NCBI GenBank assembly: GCA_032123335.1
Contig: JAQBFN010000038.1
Coordinates: forward strand, 1 to 17,214
Source of the DNA: Candidatus Micrarchaeota archaeon
GTDB taxonomy: Archaea; Micrarchaeota; Micrarchaeia; Anstonellales; Bilamarchaeaceae
Direction: 5' to 3'
DNA: 17,214 nt
Shown: piece by piece, positions 8,803-14,154 of the stretch
Layout of the letters: each line of letters opens with the position of its first letter
Position numbering within the stretch: the first letter of the stretch is position 1
Made by a program: the position numbers and the translations under genes
The notes under the pieces: generated by a model
Databases searched by the model: none
What the model saw: the letters and a program-made list of their open reading frames with translations, nothing else
Told to the model about the DNA's origin: nothing

Positions 8803-10251
8803 TCACTTTGCCTTTGCAAGAATGTCCTTGAGCCTCCTGTCAAACTTGTCCTTCACTTCAGGCCCAATAAACCTCTTTGTATACGAATCCGCCTTCGCTG
8901 CAAGCGTAATCTTTGTTGCAAGCGCACGCGCAATCTTTCCCCTCACGCTTTTAGGCGAAGTGGAAATCGCTGCATGCTGGAAAATAATTCCATGCTTAGG
9001 GGGAGAAATGCTCTTGTTCTTCAGGTGCTTGAACAATGCTTTCTCCGCTCCGATTACCTGCACAGTGCTCGCAGGCATAAGCGCAAGCTTGCGCAGCCCT
9101 CCCGCAGCCGCAATAAGCTTCCCTGTAACCTTTGCACCAATAACATACCTTAGGTTCGGGCAGATTTCCTGCGCAACATCATCCAGGTATTTCTCGTGCC
9201 TGTTCATCAGGGCATAAATATTCTCAATCTCATCGGCCATCTTCTGCATGTTCTGCACATCTTTCTCTGTGAAATCCCCCCCGCCGATGCTGTTCTTTCC
9301 GTCTTCCGCAATCTGCCTTGCCTTTCCTTCCCCAACATACTTTGCAATCTCCTGCACATTCACATCTTCCCGCTTAATCTTGGAGATAATGAGGACGAAA
9401 TTTCTCCTGTCTTCAATCCTGAGCTCAGGGAAATACAATCCGTAAAGCTCCTCAAGCCTTTCCACAAGCTGGTTTGATACCCTTTCTTCCTCTTCAATCG
9501 CATTGGAAAGGTATGCAAGGTACATGTCCCTGCTCCTGAGAACTTCAGTAGTTTTTTCACGGGCCTTTTTTATGAATTTGGAGCGGTCAAATCCTGCCCC
9601 AAACTTGCTTCGTGATTCTTCCCTTGGGCCCCTATTGTCATCCCTGGAATAACTTTTTGCGCGGTCCCTGTTGAAGCTTCTGCCCCTTCCGGGCTTGCTT
9701 CCATATCCACCGTCACGGCTGCCTTCTCTATCTCGGCTAGATCCGCCCTCTCGGCTTCCGCCACCCTCACGATCTCGGCCATAACTGCTTTCGCGGCTTC
9801 TGCTACTTCCGCCTTCTCTGCTTCTTCCCCCTTCTCGGTCACGACTAAATCCACCTTCCCGACTCCTACCCCCCTCTCGGCTTCTTCCCCCTTCGCGGCT
9901 CCTGCTACCTCCGCCCTCTCTGTTACGACCATAACTGCCTTCGCGGCTCCTGCCCCCTTCTCGGTCACGACTAAATCCACCTTCCCGACTCCTACCCCCC
10001 TCTCGGCTTCGGCCTCCTTCTCGGTCACGACTAAATCCACCTTCGCGGCTCCGGCTCCCTTCTCGACTCCGTCCGCCTTCGCGATCTCGGCCATAGCTAC
10101 CTTCACGACTCTTGCCTCCCTCACGGCTCCTTCCTCCTTCTCGGCTCCTGCTACTTCCGCCCTCTCGGCTTCTGCCGCCTCTACTATCTCCAGAAGAAGT
10201 TCTGTCTCTGCTCCTAGGCCTATCCGACCTTTTCTCATCTTTCCGTCCCAT
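8803..10251 (-). CDS. nop5: Nop5/Nop56/58-family box C/D sRNP scaffold protein with a ~220-aa low-complexity N-terminal extension
   Basis: Coiled-coil/NOSIC region NQLVERLEELYGLYFPEL. Nop domain PNL..VIG, LALMPASTVQVIGAEKALFKHL, PPKHGIIFQH and RGKIARALATKITLAAKAD. SD AGGTGA (10257-10262) lies 5 nt before ATG 10251. Confidence 0.93.
   Translation of the reverse strand: MGRKDEKRSDRPRSRDRTSSGDSRGGRSREGGSSRSREGGRSREGGKSREGSYGRDREGGRSREGSRSREGGFSRDREGGRSREGGRSREGGFSRDREGGRSREGSYGRNREGGGSRSREGGRSREGGRSREGGFSRDREGGRSREGGSSRSRESSYGRDREGGGSREGGSSRDREGSRDGGYGSKPGRGRSFNRDRAKSYSRDDNRGPREESRSKFGAGFDRSKFIKKAREKTTEVLRSRDMYLAYLSNAIEEEERVSNQLVERLEELYGLYFPELRIEDRRNFVLIISKIKREDVNVQEIAKYVGEGKARQIAEDGKNSIGGGDFTEKDVQNMQKMADEIENIYALMNRHEKYLDDVAQEICPNLRYVIGAKVTGKLIAAAGGLRKLALMPASTVQVIGAEKALFKHLKNKSISPPKHGIIFQHAAISTSPKSVRGKIARALATKITLAAKADSYTKRFIGPEVKDKFDRRLKDILAKAK
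9700..10173 (-). repeat. Intragenic repeat array encoding 21 (S/D/N)REG(G/S) units; includes a perfect 58-bp duplication
   Basis: 21 REG tripeptides counted between residues ~27 and 184. Identical 58-mers at 9827-9884 and 9953-10010, with a third partial copy near 10016-10044. Confidence 0.95.
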
Positions 10252-10273
10252 TTATTTCACCTGTGTAGGTTGA

Positions 10274-10373
10274 TTAGGGATTTGCCAATCCCTAAAGTTT
10301 ATTGGACTTCTATCGAAGTCCAAAGCGGACAAAAATGTCTTTTTGTCCCGAACAAATTTTTGCAAATTTGTTC
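10274..10373 (-). other. Array of four perfect inverted repeats (9-10 bp stems, 4-nt loops) between trpS and nop5
   Basis: TTAGGGATT-tgcc-AATCCCTAA (10274-10295), TTGGACTTC-tatc-GAAGTCCAA (10302-10323), GGACAAAAA-tgtc-TTTTTGTCC (10327-10348), GAACAAATTT-ttgc-AAATTTGTTC (10350-10373). Confidence 0.9.
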
Positions 10374-10384
10374 TGGGGGAGACA

Positions 10385-11515
10385 TTATGCTTTGTAAGTG
10401 GTCTCCCACATCTTTTTGGCCAGCTTCCCATCGTACATGAGATTGTCCACATCGACGGTCTCGCGCGTCTCCCTATGCTTCATAAGGAACGCATTGAGCT
10501 TGTCCACCAGAATTTGCTTGAGTTCTCCAGTGAGTAGCTGTCCCGTAGTATATTCGGATTCGATACGCTTTAATTCCTTATCATTTGGTTCAAACAGCAT
10601 TTTCAGCCACTGGAAGCTCACATCAACATCAACATTCCCGCCCTTTTTGCGGTGTTCCTCAACCGTTTCCCGCCCTCCTGAAAACGCATACTTCATTACT
10701 TTTTTCCGCACCATTTTCTCATCATCCGTAAGCCAGATTGCGCTCTCCTTTTGGCTTGCACTCATCTTCCCCTCAATCCCCTGCAGCGGAGGGAAAAACT
10801 TGGAGTGTATTGCAGCAGTTTTGTAGAATCCAAGCGATTCCGCAATGTCGCGCTGGATTCTCCAGTACGGATCCTGGTCAATTGCCGCAGGGATCAGGCA
10901 CCTCTTCTTCTCAAAAAAGGTTGGAATCATCTGGTATGCGGGGTACTGAATCATCCCGATGTTTGTTTCGTTTGTAAATCCAAACACTGCTTTTGCAGTT
11001 GAGTAGGTAATCTTCCTTGCAGTCTGCATCAGAAGCGGGTAAACGTTCGCCGCATACTCACTGTCCTTGAAAATGAATGTGCGGTCCGGGTCAAAGCCCA
11101 CGGCTGCAATATCCAATATATTATCAGCAGAATACTTCTGCACATCTTCCCAGCCCAGGTTCTTCTTGTGCAGGAACTTCTCATCATCAGTAATCTCTAT
11201 ATACAAATTAACCTTGAACTTCTCCTGCAGCCATTTTGTAAATACAAGCGGGATAAGGTGCCCGATATGCATATCTCCCGAAGGCCCTCTCCCAGTATAA
11301 AGGAAGAATCCTTTTCCTGCCTCATGATCCTTGAGCACAAGGTCCAAATCGCGGTGCGAGAAGAAGAACTCCCTGCGGAGCATCACATCATCTTCCCCTG
11401 CAAGCTCAATCAACTTTTTACTGAGTGCAGGGGTAATCTTCTTAGTTCCGAATTCCTCTACTAATTTATCATAATCAATGGAGCCTGAAACTTCCCATGG
11501 TGTTACTGTTGCCAT
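10385..11515 (-). CDS. trpS: Tryptophan--tRNA ligase, archaeal/eukaryotic type
   Basis: N-terminal VTPWEV, YTGRGPSG.MHIGH (HIGH), AIDQDPYWR, KMSAS (KMSKS) and KYAFSGG. Confidence 0.97.
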   Translation of the reverse strand: MATVTPWEVSGSIDYDKLVEEFGTKKITPALSKKLIELAGEDDVMLRREFFFSHRDLDLVLKDHEAGKGFFLYTGRGPSGDMHIGHLIPLVFTKWLQEKFKVNLYIEITDDEKFLHKKNLGWEDVQKYSADNILDIAAVGFDPDRTFIFKDSEYAANVYPLLMQTARKITYSTAKAVFGFTNETNIGMIQYPAYQMIPTFFEKKRCLIPAAIDQDPYWRIQRDIAESLGFYKTAAIHSKFFPPLQGIEGKMSASQKESAIWLTDDEKMVRKKVMKYAFSGGRETVEEHRKKGGNVDVDVSFQWLKMLFEPNDKELKRIESEYTTGQLLTGELKQILVDKLNAFLMKHRETRETVDVDNLMYDGKLAKKMWETTYKA

Positions 11516-11537
11516 ATTTCGATTTACCCCCTTATAA

Positions 11538-11545
11538 TTTAAAAA
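11538..11545. promoter_or_regulatory. Central TATA element of the 51-bp divergent trpS/permease gap
   Basis: TTTAAAAA (minus strand TTTTTAAA) lies 22-23 nt from each of the two ATGs (11515 on -, 11567 on +). Confidence 0.55.
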
Positions 11546-11566
11546 GTGTAAATAAGCAAGCCCTTT

Positions 11567-12904
11567 ATGGCAGAGGCGGCAAGCGAAAAAACAGAGCTCA
11601 AGCGAGAGTTTGGCCTTGTTACCGCAACCATTTTCGGAATTTCAGTAATCGTGGGCGCAGGGATTTACGCAATTATAGGCGCCGCAACCGCAATCTCGGG
11701 CGCAGGGGTATGGCTCTCATTCATCCTTGCAGCACTGGTCGCCCTCCTAACTGGATTAAGCTATGCAGAGCTCGCTTCAATGTTCCCCAAGGCCGGCTCC
11801 TCTTTTCTGTACGTGCTCAAGGGGCTCAAAAACAAGATGCTGGCATTTGTAACCGGCTGGCTGGTTCTTTTCGAAACAATGGTGGGGGCCGCAGCCATTT
11901 CCATGGCATTTGGGTACTATCTTGCTTCAATATTCACTTTCCCAGTAAGCCTTGCCGCATTAGGAGTAATAATACTGTTCTCAATCGTAAACCTGATTGG
12001 AATCAGGGAATCCATCCGCCTCAACAACATAATGTTCATAATGGAAATCGGGGGCCTCTTATTCGTAATCGCAGCAGGCTTCCTCTTCGGCGCAGCCCAG
12101 CCCGACCTGATGGATTTTGAAATCATGCAGGTATTCGCAGGTGCAGCCCTGGTTTTCTTTGCAATGCTCGGGTTTGAGATGCTTGCAAGCGAAAGCGAGG
12201 AAGCAAAGGACGCAAGGCACACAATCCCATATGCAATCCTGCTTTCCATAGGGATATGCACAGTTCTCTATGCGCTCTTTGCAGTTGCATCCCTCCTCTT
12301 AGTAGGGCCGGATATCCTCGGGGCCTCTACCGCCCCGGTAAAGGATGTAGTAATCCCCCTCCTTGGGGAATACGCATTCATCTTTGCAATAATCGCGCTT
12401 GCATCCACAGCAAATACTGTAATGATCTGCCTGATAACCGCCTCCAGGCTTTCCTATGGAATGGCGAACGAGAATGCGCTCCCCAGCTTCATTTCTAAAG
12501 TAAACAAGAAGTTCCATACCCCGCACTTTGCGGTTCTTTTCGCCTTTATTGTGGCAGCCGTATTCCTATTGCTTGCAAACATGGTAATAATCGCGGAAGT
12601 AACCAACTTTGCTGCGCTCACCGCCTTCTTTATGGTAAATATTAGTGTAATAATGCTCAGGCTGAGGGAGCCAAAGATGCGCAGGGAATTCGTAATTCCT
12701 TTTTCCATTGCAAACATACCGCTCAGCGCGGTGATTGGGGCAATCTCAGTATTGGTAATGATAACCTTCCTTTCTTCCGAAGCAATATTATATGGTGTAG
12801 GGCTGATAGTGCTCGGGGCAGCAGTGCACCTTGCTCAGGGAAGGAAGCTCCCCAGCGCCCGTGGATTCAAGGAGCACAAGAAGGCACACAGGCCGGACTT
12901 TTAG
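11567..12904 (+). CDS. APC-superfamily amino acid permease
   Basis: About 12 hydrophobic segments. TM1 IVGAGIY, YAELASMFPKAG, TM6 FFAMLGFE, EEAKD and SRLSYGMA...LP. Confidence 0.92.
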   Translation: MAEAASEKTELKREFGLVTATIFGISVIVGAGIYAIIGAATAISGAGVWLSFILAALVALLTGLSYAELASMFPKAGSSFLYVLKGLKNKMLAFVTGWLVLFETMVGAAAISMAFGYYLASIFTFPVSLAALGVIILFSIVNLIGIRESIRLNNIMFIMEIGGLLFVIAAGFLFGAAQPDLMDFEIMQVFAGAALVFFAMLGFEMLASESEEAKDARHTIPYAILLSIGICTVLYALFAVASLLLVGPDILGASTAPVKDVVIPLLGEYAFIFAIIALASTANTVMICLITASRLSYGMANENALPSFISKVNKKFHTPHFAVLFAFIVAAVFLLLANMVIIAEVTNFAALTAFFMVNISVIMLRLREPKMRREFVIPFSIANIPLSAVIGAISVLVMITFLSSEAILYGVGLIVLGAAVHLAQGRKLPSARGFKEHKKAHRPDF

Positions 12905-12921
12905 CAAGAAATTGTCCTTTA

Positions 12922-13866
12922 TCATGCAGGAGATTGCAACAGCCCAAGTTCTTTTAATTTCTCCTTAATTGCAGAATACGCTTTGGGCAGCATAGCATGT
13001 TTCACAAGCTCTCCTATGATATAGGTATATCCTTCATATGCATGTTTTCCTGTTTCCCTCAGAGTCCTCGGGAGTTCGTAGCCAAAAATCGGTTGAATAC
13101 TCTCCCGGGAGTGTTTATACCATGAGTTAACTCCCTCTACCGCACCTTCAAACTCGTCTTCCGTGATTTTTCCGGCGAGGTAGAGAACCTCTTTCTCTTT
13201 TATGACATCCGAGATATACTGGTTTCTTGCTTCGAAATCCCGCTGCATGTTCAGGCCAAATAGGTTGGTAAGTTCGTTTGCATTAGCCAGGATGGCAAGA
13301 TATTCTGGAGTTGTTAATTCTATCCGCATTGTGTGTACGGTGCAATTCCCATAGCCATCTATATCATTCAGGTGGCGAGAATCCAGCCAGCTCTCAGGGA
13401 ACGTTCTGGCCGGCACTCCGTTTACCAAAGCCAGTTCCAGATTTTTTCTGTATGCTGGAGGGGAATGTTCCCCAAGTTTTACTTTCAGAAGTGGGTGGGT
13501 GACGACACCGATAATCAGTACGGGGAGGAAAGTGGGCTCACGCAAGCAATTGCCCAGAAGTGTTTTTCCGCTGTGGTTCAGCGCCCTTTCTACTGCAGCA
13601 TGCATTGTTGCTTCAAATCGCCTGTTCCATGCTGCATTGTTTTCTTCCATGGGAGCAATATAGTATACCGGAAGCTCCCGGCGTATGTCGCCTCTTTTTT
13701 CCTGGGGGGGTATTCCCCAAAGCTCTCTTGGGCTTCCTCCTTTGCTATATGCAGTGGACGTACCCCTGATCAGCATCTCGCAGCAGGGTACTTTCCTGAA
13801 TTTGGGAGGGGGCAGTTGTTTGATTAGCGGTTTATTTGTTTCAGTCGCCGTAATCCTTCTTTTCAT
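12922..13866 (-). CDS. Hypothetical protein, 314 aa
   Basis: Longest ORF filling the gap between the permease and the rRNA promoter, with a TATA box at leaderless distance. I recognise no family motif. Confidence 0.7.
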   Translation of the reverse strand: MKRRITATETNKPLIKQLPPPKFRKVPCCEMLIRGTSTAYSKGGSPRELWGIPPQEKRGDIRRELPVYYIAPMEENNAAWNRRFEATMHAAVERALNHSGKTLLGNCLREPTFLPVLIIGVVTHPLLKVKLGEHSPPAYRKNLELALVNGVPARTFPESWLDSRHLNDIDGYGNCTVHTMRIELTTPEYLAILANANELTNLFGLNMQRDFEARNQYISDVIKEKEVLYLAGKITEDEFEGAVEGVNSWYKHSRESIQPIFGYELPRTLRETGKHAYEGYTYIIGELVKHAMLPKAYSAIKEKLKELGLLQSPA

Positions 13867-13889
13867 TACTGATATTAAGAGAAAGACTA

Positions 13890-13897
13890 TTTATAAA
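13890..13897 (-). promoter_or_regulatory. TATA box for the leaderless 314-aa ORF
   Basis: TTTATAAA about 24 nt before ATG 13866. Confidence 0.6.
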
Positions 13898-13975
13898 GTT
13901 ATCCTTTATGTTGCTTTATGTTTTAAGGCAGTCGGAGCCCAAGGTGCAATAATCTCTCGTCAGGCCTTCACAACC

Positions 13976-13983
13976 TTTAAAAA
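13976..13983 (+). promoter_or_regulatory. Probable 23S rRNA promoter TATA box
   Basis: TTTAAAAA is followed about 24 nt later by the first hairpin of a structured leader (14007 onward). Confidence 0.55.
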
Positions 13984-14131
13984 GGGATATTATCATATAT
14001 ATCCTTCACCCTTTATGGGTGCGAGTGCCCTCTCAACGATGGCGCAATGACTTAATTATATGAGCTCTATGAGCTTAGGTTTTCCCATCTGTGATGGGAT
14101 GCCGGACTTCGGTCCATATGAGTGTGAAGTG

Positions 14132-14154
14132 ATAGCCATAGAGTTTGGATATGT
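14132..14154 (+). other. 5' arm of the pre-23S processing stem with a BHB-like motif
   Basis: ATAGCCATAGAGTTTG (14132-14147) pairs perfectly with CAAACTCTATGGCTAT (17181-17196). A 4-bp helix GATA/TATC follows, with 3-nt bulges TGT and ATT. Confidence 0.85.

Noticed and set aside
9570..10238. 222-aa Ala/Glu-rich ORF in an alternative frame of the nop5 repeats
   Set aside because: It is stop-free as a by-product of the AGC-CGA-GAA-GGC repeat composition. The REGG frame has the SD and is continuous with the Nop domain.
10252..10384. CRISPR array or box C/D sRNA upstream of nop5
   Set aside because: The four hairpins share no repeat sequence and have 1-6 nt spacers. No RUGAUGA/CUGA box pair is present, and there are no cas genes in the window.
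10252..10452. 66-aa ORF across the hairpin array
   Set aside because: It overlaps the trpS 3' end out of frame, has no motif, and would run over the nop5 SD.
313..13827. Numerous 60-212 aa antisense or out-of-frame ORFs in the ORF track
   Set aside because: They lie within or across well-supported genes and lack motifs or start signals.
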